Origin: Acidimicrobiia bacterium
GTDB taxonomy: Bacteria > Actinomycetota > Acidimicrobiia > Spongiisociales > ZC4RG35
Direction: 5' to 3'
DNA: 64,000 nucleotides
Assembly: GCA_036556665.1 (NCBI GenBank)
Contig: DATBIX010000036.1
Coordinates: forward strand, 5,068-69,067
Both the position numbers and the translations under genes were made by a program. The notes beneath the pieces are model-generated. The model was not told the DNA's origin and ran no database searches. It saw only the letters and a list, made by a program, of their open reading frames with translations. Numbering within the stretch: the stretch's first letter is position 1; every line of letters starts with the position of its first letter. Shown here piece by piece: positions 1-9,363 of the stretch.

Positions 1-256
1 AGTATGGGTCCCATCCCCCGAACTCGAGGTCGTCGAGAGCGGCGAGAGGGACGAAATCCCTGATCAGGGGATTGCGCTCCTCCGTCCTCTTCCCGAGACG
101 GATGTGGGAGAGCTGAGTGAGGGACCCGTACGGCTCGGCGAATCCCTTGCGAGCAGCGAGGACACCCGAGATGAACGTGGTGGCGACGGCGCCCATCCCG
201 GGAGTGAGGATGCCGAGCTTCCCGGTGCCCGGATCGGGTGGCTGGATGGCGGACAT
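1..256 (-). CDS. ino1: inositol-3-phosphate synthase (MIPS family), N-terminal part; 3' end is outside the window
   Basis: Hand translation of the minus strand from ATG (256..254): MSAIQPPDPGTGKLGILTPGMGAVATTFISGVLAARKGFAEPYGSLTQLSHIRLGKRTEERNPLIRDFVPLAALDDLEFGGWD. It has a Gly-rich NAD-binding N-terminus and a SLTQ..IRLGKR block as in bacterial MIPS. It is absent from the ORF track because there is no in-window stop. Confidence 0.6.
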   Translation of the reverse strand, partial: MSAIQPPDPGTGKLGILTPGMGAVATTFISGVLAARKGFAEPYGSLTQLSHIRLGKRTEERNPLIRDFVPLAALDDLEFGGWDPY

Positions 257-367
257 GAGACCTCCTCTGCCTGGAACGATAGGGCACCGGAGGGCCTCCC
301 CGGCCGCCGTCGCGAGGAGACACGCCGACGCGACCGGCTCCCCCGGGCCCCGGTAGGCTGCGAGGGG

Positions 368-826
368 ATGGATCTCGCCCCCGATTCCCTCGGCCCCACG
401 GTGGATGTCGCCCTGCTGGCGGACGCGGTTCAGGCGGTCAGGGGCAAACTGTTCATCCTGGGCGGGGGGTGGGACACGCTCTGGGTGAGAACCTTCCCCG
501 CCCGCCACCCAAGTCTGGCCATCGGCCTGCGGCTCAGGGTCCCCTCCTCCTGGGGAGAAGAGCTGCTCAAGCTATCGGTCGAGCTCCAGGACGCCGACGG
601 GGCGCCGCTGCTGCCGCATCCGCTCTCTCATCACATCAAGCTGCCGGCCCACCCTCAACCTCCGTCGGCAACGGACTTCGGGCTGATCCGCTCGTTCACC
701 TTCAACAACCTGCTCTTCGGGCGCGAGGGCTCCTACTCATTCGTGATCTCGGTGGATGACGAGCCGGTTTCCCGGTTGCGTTTCTCGGTCCGGGCCCGGC
801 CCGAGGAGGCAGCTCCGGGCTTCTGA
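368..826 (+). CDS. conserved hypothetical protein (152 aa, beta-rich, no recognisable catalytic motif)
   Basis: This is the internal ATG at 368 of ORF 104..826. From MDLAPDSLGPTVDVALLADAV.. onward the composition is protein-like, whereas the upstream 88 codons are Arg/Gly/Glu-rich junk. It is divergent from ino1. Confidence 0.6.
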   Translation: MDLAPDSLGPTVDVALLADAVQAVRGKLFILGGGWDTLWVRTFPARHPSLAIGLRLRVPSSWGEELLKLSVELQDADGAPLLPHPLSHHIKLPAHPQPPSATDFGLIRSFTFNNLLFGREGSYSFVISVDDEPVSRLRFSVRARPEEAAPGF

Positions 827-829
827 TCG

Positions 830-1252
830 TCAGCCGCCACCCTGGCTTGCCTTCCAGCTCTCGACCTGGCGGAGCACCGCAGCCGAGTCGAACCAGGTGT
901 TCTCGTAGACGATGAGACCGTCCTTCAGCTGGAACAGGTGGAGCATCCTGATTTCGACCAGCGCCCCACCACCTTGGGCTCCGGCCCACTCACCCTCCAC
1001 GTGACCGGTTGCGATCGACTCGTCGACCACCCATTGGCCGTCGGCCGATTCGAAGCGACGCACCGAAGCGAGCCGGATGTCGGGGATCGAGTCGATGATG
1101 CTGGAGTACACCGCCCCGACCGCCTCCTTTCCTCGCACCGGGCTCAGGGGATGGGTGATGTCGTCCCAGACGATGTCGTCTGCATAGGTCTCCAGGGTGG
1201 CAGCGACGTCGTGGGCGTTCTCGGCGGCGAAGTGGCGATCGACTATGTCCAT
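830..1252 (-). CDS. SnoaL-like / NTF2-fold (ester cyclase-like) protein
   Basis: 140-aa ORF. The N-terminus MDIVDRHFAAENAHDVAATLETYADDIVWDD and the ...LFQLKDGLIVYENTWFD pattern are typical of the SnoaL/NTF2 family. Confidence 0.75.
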   Translation of the reverse strand: MDIVDRHFAAENAHDVAATLETYADDIVWDDITHPLSPVRGKEAVGAVYSSIIDSIPDIRLASVRRFESADGQWVVDESIATGHVEGEWAGAQGGGALVEIRMLHLFQLKDGLIVYENTWFDSAAVLRQVESWKASQGGG

Positions 1253-1417
1253 GGGTCTCTCCGATCTCTGCTCATGACGGGGGCGAGTGGCAAGTTAGCG
1301 ATGGCGCCGCCCTCGCCCTTCGCGCTCTCCGCGCGTCACAGTCACACTGCGCGCGCACTGGTCGGCTTGTGCATCGATTTGCATAGCCCCGGTGGAACCG
1401 TAGGGTTCCCGGCACAC

Positions 1418-1447
1418 AGGGACTCCAGGAAGGTCCCTTTTTTGTTT
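1418..1447 (+). terminator. intrinsic-terminator-like hairpin plus T-tract inside the 5' leader of the M23 peptidase gene (candidate attenuator)
   Basis: AGGGAC(1418-1423)-9 nt loop-GTCCCT(1433-1438), followed by TTTTTGTTT. It is preceded by a strong hairpin at 1389..1412 (CCGG-T-GGAACC-GTAG-GGTTCC-CGG). It lies 22 nt upstream of the GTG start at 1469, and the upstream gene is divergent. Confidence 0.4.
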
Positions 1448-1468
1448 CCCGACCAATGGAGGCAGTTC

Positions 1469-2098
1469 GTGACGCCCCAAAGGAAGGCTTCGCGCTTTCT
1501 CTCGATGATCATCTCGAGCATCGTCGCCGCCGTGGTGCTGGCGCCGTCTCTCCCCGCCGCGGCGGCCCCAGAGCCACCGTTCGAGATCCGTTTCCCCCAG
1601 GAGACGCAGGTCACCATGTTCGCCTCCACGTTCGGGGCGGCAAGGTCAGGGGGGCGTCGCCACACGGGGAACGACCTGATGGCGCCGAAGATGACCCAGG
1701 TGTACGCCGCCGCCGACGGGGTGATCACGGTGGTCGCCACCTCCAGTCTCGCCGGGCGTTACCTCGAGATCGACCACGGGAACGGTTGGACCACCCGGTA
1801 CATCCATCTCAACAACGACGATCCCGGCAGCGACGACGGGAGCGCCGACTGGGCGCTCACGCTCGTGCCCGGTCTGGTGGAGGGAAGCAGGGTGGCTGCG
1901 GGCCAGCACATAGCCTGGGTCGGCGACTCAGGCAATGCAGAGTGGACCGGGTCGCACACCCATTTCGAGATCGCCTACGAGGGTCGCGAGATCGACCCCT
2001 ACCCCTATCTGAAGGCGGCGTTCACGCGTGATCAACAGCGTCTTCTCGACCAGGTCTGGCATCTGGAGACCCCGGGCGGCTACTCCCACCTGTCCTGA
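1469..2098 (+). CDS. secreted M23 family metallopeptidase
   Basis: Zn-binding motifs HTGNDLMA (HxxxD) and GSHTHFE (HxH). The GTG at 1469 has GGAGG 6 nt upstream and gives the signal peptide VTPQRKASRFLSMIISSIVAAVVLAPSLPAAAA. ATG at 1505 is an alternative start. The track ORF 938..2098 is over-extended. Confidence 0.8.
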   Translation: MTPQRKASRFLSMIISSIVAAVVLAPSLPAAAAPEPPFEIRFPQETQVTMFASTFGAARSGGRRHTGNDLMAPKMTQVYAAADGVITVVATSSLAGRYLEIDHGNGWTTRYIHLNNDDPGSDDGSADWALTLVPGLVEGSRVAAGQHIAWVGDSGNAEWTGSHTHFEIAYEGREIDPYPYLKAAFTRDQQRLLDQVWHLETPGGYSHLS

Positions 2099-2114
2099 CC
2101 CGACCTGCGCCCGC

Positions 2115-2570
2115 CTACCCGCGCTCGGGCGGTGCGAGCCGGAGGGCGTTGTCGAGATCCACCACCTGCAACACGAGGTCGGGATGAGAAGGCGAGACCC
2201 GAGCGATCTCGCCCCCGTGGGTGGGGAGTTCGGTGAGCTCAGTGACCCAGATGACCCGGGACACACCGGCGGCCTCGGCTGCCCTCGCCCAACCCCGAAG
2301 GACGTCCACCTCGTCGGACGCGAATGCCCGCTCCCTTTCGTCTCGTGCCGCCTCGGTGACGAGAACCGCGGTGAAGCAACCGCTGGCGGCCCCCTGCACG
2401 TGGCTCTCGTCGGAGACGTCCCCGGTCGCCACCTTGACCCCGGCCCGTCTCAACTCCGACGCGGCCCCGGGTTCGGACACGAATGCTCGCACCTCTCGCC
2501 CCGGTGAGATCAGCCCGCCGACGATGGCCCTTCCGCGCTCGGTGTCGGCGCCCACCACTATGACCGGCAT
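2115..2570 (-). CDS. short NAD(P)H-binding (NmrA/atypical SDR-like) protein
   Basis: The N-terminus MPVIVVGADTERGRAIVGGL matches a Rossmann GxxGxxG-like motif. At 151 aa it is shorter than typical NmrA proteins. Confidence 0.6.
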   Translation of the reverse strand: MPVIVVGADTERGRAIVGGLISPGREVRAFVSEPGAASELRRAGVKVATGDVSDESHVQGAASGCFTAVLVTEAARDERERAFASDEVDVLRGWARAAEAAGVSRVIWVTELTELPTHGGEIARVSPSHPDLVLQVVDLDNALRLAPPERG

Positions 2571-2638
2571 CGGTTGAACCTAGTCACGCCGCCGAGCAGG
2601 CCGGCTCGGGCCACGTTTCCCCTCCCTCTCGCTTTGGG

Positions 2639-2698
2639 TACAATCCCACTATCGGGATAGTGGAAATTGGACGGGCCGTCACCTTGTTGACCAAGGTG
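2639..2698 (+). promoter_or_regulatory. putative sufB promoter -10 box plus two inverted repeats (candidate operator or 5'UTR hairpins)
   Basis: TACAAT at 2639..2644. Perfect inverted repeat CCACTATC-GG-GATAGTGG at 2646..2663. Perfect inverted repeat CACCTTG-TTGAC-CAAGGTG at 2680..2698. The sufB ATG is at 2733, with GAGGTG upstream. Confidence 0.35.
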
Positions 2699-2732
2699 CG
2701 AAATCGGTCTCGATATCCGAGGTGAATCTGCA

Positions 2733-4142
2733 ATGGCGACAGTCGACATAGATCTAGGTGCCTACCAGCTCGGTTGGCACGACGAGATCGAGTACGCCTT
2801 CACCCCGCGCAAGGGCCTCGACGAGGACGTCATCCGCGAGATGTCGGCGATGAAGAAGGAGCCCGAGTGGATGCTCGAATTCCGGCTCAAGGCCTATCAG
2901 CGCTTCCTTCGCAAACCGATCCCGCAGTGGGGTGGCGGCGGTGCGCTCAACACGATCGACTTCGACGACATCTACTACTACGTGAAACCGGCGGGGGAGC
3001 AAGCCAAGGACTGGGACATGGTCCCCGAGTCGATCAAGACGACCTACGAGCGGCTGGGCATCCCCGAAGCCGAGCGCAAGTACCTGGCCGGCGTGACGGC
3101 TCAGTACGAGTCCGAGGTCGTCTACCACCGCAACCGGGAGGACCTGGAGAAGCTGGGCGTCCTGTTCACCGATATGGACACCGCACTGCGTGACTACCCC
3201 GAGATCGTCAAGGAGTACTTCGGCACGATCATCCCGCCGAACGACAACAAGTTCGCCGCCCTCAACTCGGCGGTGTGGTCGGGCGGCTCTTTCATCTACG
3301 TCCCACCCGGTGTCCAGGTCGACCAGCCGCTCCAGGCGTACTTCCGGATCAACTCCGAGAACATGGGGCAGTTCGAGAGGACCCTGATCATCGTCGACGA
3401 GGGCGCCTACGTGCACTACGTCGAAGGGTGCTCGGCCCCGGTTTACACCACCGACTCGCTACACGCAGCGGTGGTCGAGATCGTGGTCAAGGAGGGGGGC
3501 CGCTGCCGATACACCACCATCCAGAACTGGTCGAACAACGTGTTCAACCTGGTCACCAAGCGCGCCGCCGCCTATCGCAACGCCACCATGGAGTGGGTCG
3601 ACGGCAACCTCGGATCGCGGCTGACCATGAAGTACCCGGCGGTTTGGCTGATGGAGCCGGGGGCCCACGGCGAGGTGCTCTCCATCGCTTTCGCAGGTGA
3701 GGGCCAGCATCAGGATGCCGGAGCCAAGATCATCCACGTGGCACCCGACACCACCTCGACGATCGTGTCGAAGTCGATTTCGAAGAATGGAGGTCGGGCC
3801 GGTTACCGGGGTCTGGTCAGAGTGGAGCCGGGGGCCGAGAACGCCAGGTCCTTCGTTCGCTGCGACGCACTCATCCTCGACGAGGCAAGCCGATCGGACA
3901 CCTATCCCTACATGGAGATCGAGGAGAACGACGCCGAGATCGGCCATGAGGCGACCGTCTCCAAGGTGGGTGAGGAGCAGTTGTTCTACCTGATGTCCCG
4001 CGGCCTCACCGAGGAGCAGGCGACCTCCATGGTCGTGGCCGGGTTCATCGAGCCCATCGTGAAGGAGCTCCCGATGGAATATGCGGTCGAGATGAACCGT
4101 CTGATCGAGCTGAACATGGCGGAGGCGGGCGCCGTCGGCTGA
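2733..4142 (+). CDS. sufB: Fe-S cluster assembly protein SufB
   Basis: 469 aa with the SufB hallmark blocks: [45 protein letters not shown] and [19 protein letters not shown]. Confidence 0.95.
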   Translation: MATVDIDLGAYQLGWHDEIEYAFTPRKGLDEDVIREMSAMKKEPEWMLEFRLKAYQRFLRKPIPQWGGGGALNTIDFDDIYYYVKPAGEQAKDWDMVPESIKTTYERLGIPEAERKYLAGVTAQYESEVVYHRNREDLEKLGVLFTDMDTALRDYPEIVKEYFGTIIPPNDNKFAALNSAVWSGGSFIYVPPGVQVDQPLQAYFRINSENMGQFERTLIIVDEGAYVHYVEGCSAPVYTTDSLHAAVVEIVVKEGGRCRYTTIQNWSNNVFNLVTKRAAAYRNATMEWVDGNLGSRLTMKYPAVWLMEPGAHGEVLSIAFAGEGQHQDAGAKIIHVAPDTTSTIVSKSISKNGGRAGYRGLVRVEPGAENARSFVRCDALILDEASRSDTYPYMEIEENDAEIGHEATVSKVGEEQLFYLMSRGLTEEQATSMVVAGFIEPIVKELPMEYAVEMNRLIELNMAEAGAVG

Positions 4143-4252
4143 TCGGCTGCCCGGCCGGTGGGAATGGCCCGTCTTTGGGCCGCGCAGCGACCCGATGCGT
4201 AATCTCGTCCCGACAGTGACTCCGGAGCCTCTGTATTAGTACCTACCTGGGA

Positions 4253-5545
4253 TTGGCTTCGGTCGTCCTGCTGATCCTGCTCACAGGGTTCTTCGTGGCG
4301 GCGGAGTTCGCCTTGGTCGCCGTCGATCGAAGCCAGGTAGAGCGACGAGCGCGTGACGGAGAGCGCCCGGCCCGGCGCATCCTCGCATCACTGCGCAACC
4401 TGTCCTTCGAGCTCTCCGGCGCCCAGCTGGGGATCACCGCCGCCTCGCTCGTCCTGGGGGCGATCGCCGAGCAGACCGTTGCGGCATTGATCCAGCCTGT
4501 CATCTCGGCTCTGCCCTTCGTGACTGACCGATCGGTGCCGGCCATCGCCCTCGTGGTCGGCCTGATCCTGGCCACGGGGGCGAGCATGGTCTTCGGAGAG
4601 CTCGTCCCGAAGAACCTGGCCATTGCCCGCCCATATCGCTCGGCGGTGTGGTTCGCCATCCCTCTGCAGATGGTGAACCGGGTCCTGAGGCGGTTGATCC
4701 TCTTCCTGAACTCTGCGGCGAACTGGACGGTGAGGAAGCTCGGCATCCAGCCGCGGGAGGAGCTTGCCGGGGTCCGCTCGATGGAGGAACTCGAGCTGAT
4801 GATCCGATCCTCGGGTGAGGAGGGCCGTCTAGACGACGACGAATTGGAGCTGCTGACCAGGGCGATCACGTTCACGGAGAAGGTCGCCGGGGACGCCATG
4901 GTGCCCAGGGTGGCGGTGGTGGGGATCAGCCGGCACGACCCGGTCGCCGAGGTCCGCAGGGTCTCGGCGCTCACCGGTCACTCCCGATTCCCGGTGTTCG
5001 GTGAGGACCTGGACGACATCGTCGGGGTTGTCCACGTCAAAGACACGATCGCCGTGCCCGAATCGCGGATCCCCATGACTCCGGTCGGCGAGATTGCCGA
5101 GCCCGCTCTTCAGGTCCCCGAGACGAGCACCCTCGAGTACCTGTTGGGCGAGCTGCAGCGCGCCGGGAAGGGGATGGCGGTGGTGGTCGACGAATACGGG
5201 GGCACCGCCGGGATCGTCACCATCGAGGACCTCCTCGAGGAGATCTTTGGTGAGATCGAAGACGAGTACGACATGCAGGCAGAGCCCGAGCCCACTGGCC
5301 AGACCGAGATCCTGTCCGGGCTCCTCCACCGTCACGAGGTCGAGGAGCTCATCGGGTTCGAATGGCCGGAAGGGCGGTACGAGACCCTGGGCGGCTTTCT
5401 GGTCGCTCGGCTCGGCCGTTTCCCCACAGCGGGGGAGAGGATCCGCGTGGGCAACACCGTGTTGGAGATCCTGGCCATGGACGGGCACAGGGTCGATCAG
5501 GTGCGGGTCACGACCGAGCCCGAGAGCGAGGAGGGCGCCGGGTGA
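4253..5545 (+). CDS. CNNM/HlyC-CorC family transporter (DUF21, CBS pair, CorC_HlyC)
   Basis: DUF21 N-terminus [17 protein letters not shown]. The CBS region is followed by [26 protein letters not shown], the CorC hallmark. TTG start. Confidence 0.9.
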   Translation: MASVVLLILLTGFFVAAEFALVAVDRSQVERRARDGERPARRILASLRNLSFELSGAQLGITAASLVLGAIAEQTVAALIQPVISALPFVTDRSVPAIALVVGLILATGASMVFGELVPKNLAIARPYRSAVWFAIPLQMVNRVLRRLILFLNSAANWTVRKLGIQPREELAGVRSMEELELMIRSSGEEGRLDDDELELLTRAITFTEKVAGDAMVPRVAVVGISRHDPVAEVRRVSALTGHSRFPVFGEDLDDIVGVVHVKDTIAVPESRIPMTPVGEIAEPALQVPETSTLEYLLGELQRAGKGMAVVVDEYGGTAGIVTIEDLLEEIFGEIEDEYDMQAEPEPTGQTEILSGLLHRHEVEELIGFEWPEGRYETLGGFLVARLGRFPTAGERIRVGNTVLEILAMDGHRVDQVRVTTEPESEEGAG

Positions 5546-6837
5546 ACTGGTCCGCTCTCTTCTGGTTGGTGATCCTCCTGCTGGCCAATGGCTTCTTCGT
5601 GGCAGCCGAGTTCGCCTACATAACGGCGCGGCGGAACGTGCTGGAGCAGAGACCGGGCCGCTCGGCGCGCCTGGCCGTCGGCTTGAACAAGAACCTGTCG
5701 CTCAGCCTCGCCGCCGCGCAGCTCGGGATCACCATGGCCTCCCTGGTGCTCGGCTACGTGGCCGAGCCGGCAGTGGCAGGCATCTTCGAGAACCTCCTCG
5801 GCCTCACCCCTGTCTCCGAGGGGCTCTCTCACGGCATCTCACTCGCCATCGCCCTGCTGATCGTCGTGTTCCTGCACATGGTCATTGGCGAGATGGCACC
5901 CAAGAACATCGCCATCTCCAATCCGGAGCGCTCCGCCCTTGCCCTCGCCCTTCCCTTCCGGGCATTCATAGTCGTCTTCCGGCCCCTGATCGCAGCCCTC
6001 AACAGCTCCGCCAACGTCGTATTGCGCCTCTTCGGGGTCCGCCCGGCCGACGCTCTCGAGATCGGCCATTCCGCCGAGGATCTGGCCATGATCATCGCCA
6101 CCGGCCGTAGGGAAGGAGTGATCGAGGACTTCGCTCACCGCCTCCTCACCGGCGCCATCGTGTTCGGTGACCTCGATGCGTCGGAGGTCATGGTGCCGAG
6201 GCCCGACGTGAAGGCGGCGCCGGCTTCGGCAACGATCGAGCAGATCCAGGATCTGATGAGGTCCACGGGCCACTCCCGAATCCCGATCTACGGCCACGAC
6301 ATCGACGACGTCCTCGGCTTCATCCACGTCAAGGACGTGATGGCGCTCGACGAGGCCGATCGAAACCGCCCTCCCGCTCCGCATCTGATCAGGGAGGCTC
6401 TGGTCGTGCCGGAGACGGCGGCGCTTCGGTCGGTCCTCGACGAGATGCGCCGCGCTCGCAGCCATCTCGCCATAGTGGTGGACGAGCACGGCAGCACCGC
6501 CGGGGTGATCACTCTCGAGGACATCGCCGAAGAGCTCGTCGGAGAGATCTCGGACGAGCACGACAGCAAGAGATCGGTGGTCTCGGTCGACCCGGCGGGC
6601 CGGATCGTCGCGGCAGGCACGGTCCGACCCGGGGAGCTGTCCCGCTTCGGGGTCGACCTGCCGAGCGGTGAGTATGAGACGATCGGCGGGCTGGTCATGG
6701 ACCGGCTGGGCAGGTTGCCCCGGCCGGGCGACGTGGTGGAGGACGACACGTGGAGACTCCAGGTGCTCAGCACGGACGGTAGGAGGGTCGGGGAGGTGGA
6801 GGTCATCCCGATCGAGCAGGGCCCGAACGAGGGGTGA
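5542..6837 (+). CDS. CNNM/HlyC-CorC family transporter, tandem paralog
   Basis: GTG at 5542 overlaps the upstream stop (GTGA). Motifs: [46 protein letters not shown]. The track ORF 5362.. is over-extended. Confidence 0.9.
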   Translation: MNWSALFWLVILLLANGFFVAAEFAYITARRNVLEQRPGRSARLAVGLNKNLSLSLAAAQLGITMASLVLGYVAEPAVAGIFENLLGLTPVSEGLSHGISLAIALLIVVFLHMVIGEMAPKNIAISNPERSALALALPFRAFIVVFRPLIAALNSSANVVLRLFGVRPADALEIGHSAEDLAMIIATGRREGVIEDFAHRLLTGAIVFGDLDASEVMVPRPDVKAAPASATIEQIQDLMRSTGHSRIPIYGHDIDDVLGFIHVKDVMALDEADRNRPPAPHLIREALVVPETAALRSVLDEMRRARSHLAIVVDEHGSTAGVITLEDIAEELVGEISDEHDSKRSVVSVDPAGRIVAAGTVRPGELSRFGVDLPSGEYETIGGLVMDRLGRLPRPGDVVEDDTWRLQVLSTDGRRVGEVEVIPIEQGPNEG

Positions 6838-6858
6838 GCAGACCCGGGCCTCCCGCCG

Positions 6859-7122
6859 TCAGTTGGCGCGCCCGACCACGTAGCCGAGCAGGAGCCCTCC
6901 GGCTGCGGCCCACACCACGGAGAAGTCGTCCCCGACGGATGCGATCGACGGCGCACCGGCGATGCGCATGATCGCCGAGCCGGCGACACCGCCGATGACT
7001 CCGATCAGGGCCGCCCCGAACAGGTTGTCCGCGCTGGCGAGGAACCCGCCGATGAGCCCGGCGATCGCTCCCACGCCACCGACGATGGCCAGTGCCTGCC
7101 AAATCGACGCATCGAGGAACAT
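6859..7122 (-). CDS. GlsB/YeaQ/YmgE family (transglycosylase-associated) small membrane protein
   Basis: 87 aa, Gly/Ala-rich, with three predicted TM helices (IVGGVGAIAGLIGGFL, LIGVIGGVAGSAIM, AAAGGLLLGYVVG). Confidence 0.8.
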   Translation of the reverse strand: MFLDASIWQALAIVGGVGAIAGLIGGFLASADNLFGAALIGVIGGVAGSAIMRIAGAPSIASVGDDFSVVWAAAGGLLLGYVVGRAN

Positions 7123-7166
7123 GGCGTCAGACTAAGCCCGGCGGTGGGCCGAGTCGATGCATGTTC

Positions 7167-7463
7167 TCAGGCGGATACGACCTTCTCTTCCACGACGGCA
7201 TTCATCGGGAATTGCACCGACCTGCCTGCCATGTTGAAGGGCTCGGTGAGCATCAACAAGATCGTGGTCGGGCCGCGACTGACCACATGGCCCGTGTAGG
7301 TGTGGAAACCGTGTTCGTCCTGGGTTATGAAAGTAACAACCATCTCTATATCACTCCGACTCATACCATCGGCCGGAGGTTTCAGGATCCGTAGGGTCGC
7401 AGGACCCATCGCTGAGGGACTCGGCCAGAGATCGCGGTTTATCTGGTTGTTACGAAATTCCAC
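7167..7463 (-). CDS. hypothetical small protein; start uncertain (internal ATGs at 7409 and 7364)
   Basis: This is the only plausible ORF in a locally lower-GC patch. The C-terminal two thirds (MSRSDIEMVVTFITQDEHGFHTYTGHVV...) look protein-like. There is no clear SD, and no family was recognised. Confidence 0.35.
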   Translation of the reverse strand: MEFRNNQINRDLWPSPSAMGPATLRILKPPADGMSRSDIEMVVTFITQDEHGFHTYTGHVVSRGPTTILLMLTEPFNMAGRSVQFPMNAVVEEKVVSA

Positions 7464-7479
7464 CTAAATTCGGCGCGCA

Positions 7480-8154
7480 GTGCGCCTGCTGGTTGTCGAA
7501 GACGAGCCCGATCTGGCCAATGCCATCGCCAGAGGGCTGCGGCGCGACGGCCACGCCGTCGACATCGCCCTCACCGCCGGCGACGCCGACTTCAAGCTGC
7601 GCACCGCCGGGTATGACCTCGTTTGCCTCGACTGGAACCTCCCCGACGGGTCGGGGATCGCCCTGTGCCGGAGTCTCGTCTTCGGCGACCTGCCGACGCT
7701 GGAGGGAGTCAGGCCCCGGATCCTGATGCTCACCGCCCGGGACGACGTCGACGACCGCGTCACCGGCCTCGACTCGGGTGCCGACGACTACGTGGTGAAG
7801 CCATTCGCCTTCGCCGAGCTTTCGGCCCGGGTCCGTGCCTTACTTCGTCGCGACGATCAGACCGATCCGGTGATCGAGGTCGGCGGGCTGCGCATCGACC
7901 CGGCCCGATTCGAGGCGGCGAGGGGCGGCCGGCCGTTGGAGCTGACCGCAAAGGAGTTCTCGCTTCTCCACTATTTCATGGCCCACGCCGGGCAGGTGCT
8001 GAGCCAGGAGCACTTGCTGGAGCACGTATGGGACGAGATGGCCGATCCGATGACCAACGTGGTCCGGGTGACGGTGAGCAATCTCCGCAAGAAGCTCGGT
8101 GACCCGGCGGTGATACTCACCGTCCCGGGTCGTGGCTACAGGCTGACGGACTGA
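7480..8154 (+). CDS. OmpR/PhoB-family response regulator (MprA-like)
   Basis: Receiver domain MRLLVVEDE...LVCLDWNLPDGSG. Winged-helix domain LTAKEFSLLHYFM...GRGYRL. GTG start. Confidence 0.92.
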   Translation: MRLLVVEDEPDLANAIARGLRRDGHAVDIALTAGDADFKLRTAGYDLVCLDWNLPDGSGIALCRSLVFGDLPTLEGVRPRILMLTARDDVDDRVTGLDSGADDYVVKPFAFAELSARVRALLRRDDQTDPVIEVGGLRIDPARFEAARGGRPLELTAKEFSLLHYFMAHAGQVLSQEHLLEHVWDEMADPMTNVVRVTVSNLRKKLGDPAVILTVPGRGYRLTD

Positions 8155-9308
8155 TGCCTCCCGCCTGGCGCTCGATTCGGTTCCGGCTGTCGGTGCAGTA
8201 CTCGGCGATCGTGTTCGGCTTGGGAGGGATCCTGCTCGGCCTCGTCTACCTGGCCCTCCGTCGCTACCTCCGGGCGCAGACCATGACCCAGTACGTGTGG
8301 ACCGGGCGGCCCGTTTACCAGGACGGAGTCCAGATCGGTGTGGTTCCCAGCCTCGAGGCGCACGAGTTCAGGATGATCGAGTCGGTCTACAACGAGATCG
8401 TCCTCAACCAGGTGGCGAAGTTCACGATCCTCGCCCTCATCGCCCTGTTCCTCCTCAGCCTGATCGTCGGCTGGGTCATGTCAGGGAGGGTCCTCAAACC
8501 GGTCGAGGAGATCACAGAGGTGGCGCGTGAGATCCAGGCGTCGGACCTGAGCCGGCGCATCGCCCTTCAGGGCCCCGACGACGAGTTGACCCGGCTGGCC
8601 TCGACCTTCGATGGGATGCTGGAGCGTCTCGACCGGGCATTTGCCAGCCAACGCAAGTTCCTGGCGGACACCAGCCATGACCTGCGCACCCCGCTCGCTG
8701 TGATCAGGTCGAACGTGGAGGTGGTGGCCGACGACGAGTCCGCCGACGTCGACGAATGGCGTGAGGTGGGAGCCATCGTGCGCCGCAACGTCGAGAAGAT
8801 GTCGAGCATGATCGACGGCCTCCTCGCCACTGCCCGCCTCCAGACAGGGAAGGCGCAAGCCGTCGCCATCGACCTGGCCGGCCTGGTCGAGGCGAGGTCC
8901 GCCGAGCTGGGCACCCTGGCCCGCCAGCGTGGGGTCGAGCTCAGGACGGTGACGGCACCCGCCCTGGTCCAGGGAGTCGAGGTGCCACTCGATCGTGCGC
9001 TGACCAACCTCGTCGACAACGCGATCGTCGCCTCCCCGAGGGGCTCGACCGTCACCATGGGGGCCGGCACCACCAGCGGATGGGCCTGGATCGCCGTCAG
9101 GGACCAGGGCCCGGGTCTCCCCGACGAGCCGGAAGGCGGTCGCATCGGCCTCGGTCTGTCGATCGTCGAGCAGATCGCAGAGGCGCATGGTGGTGCTCTC
9201 ACCCCGTTCCCGGGATCCGAGGGGACAGGGACGACGATGGTGATCTGGATCCCCGCCCCCGGCGTTGACACGCCCCATCCGACTGATTCCCCCTTTACGG
9301 CTGTTTGA
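8154..9308 (+). CDS. sensor histidine kinase (2 TM, HAMP, HisKA, HATPase_c)
   Basis: H-box ADTSHDLRTPLAVI, N-box LVDNAI, G-boxes DQGPGL and GLGLSIV. Its start overlaps the response-regulator stop by 1 nt. Confidence 0.92.
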   Translation: MPPAWRSIRFRLSVQYSAIVFGLGGILLGLVYLALRRYLRAQTMTQYVWTGRPVYQDGVQIGVVPSLEAHEFRMIESVYNEIVLNQVAKFTILALIALFLLSLIVGWVMSGRVLKPVEEITEVAREIQASDLSRRIALQGPDDELTRLASTFDGMLERLDRAFASQRKFLADTSHDLRTPLAVIRSNVEVVADDESADVDEWREVGAIVRRNVEKMSSMIDGLLATARLQTGKAQAVAIDLAGLVEARSAELGTLARQRGVELRTVTAPALVQGVEVPLDRALTNLVDNAIVASPRGSTVTMGAGTTSGWAWIAVRDQGPGLPDEPEGGRIGLGLSIVEQIAEAHGGALTPFPGSEGTGTTMVIWIPAPGVDTPHPTDSPFTAV

Positions 9309-9363
9309 TCCGATCAGCCGTACGGTGGTGTTGCCAGGAACGCGAACAGAACGGTCCCATGCC

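Noticed and set aside
1253-1468. Assigning the M23 leader to the ydaO (c-di-AMP) riboswitch class
   Set aside because: The context fits, since cell-wall hydrolase genes are known targets. However, I could not match the pseudo-symmetric ydaO consensus by eye, so no class is claimed.
4143-4252. Mg2+ (M-box) or Mn2+ (yybP-ykoY) riboswitch ahead of the CNNM/CorC genes
   Set aside because: The region is only 110 nt, and none of the conserved cores of those classes is visible.
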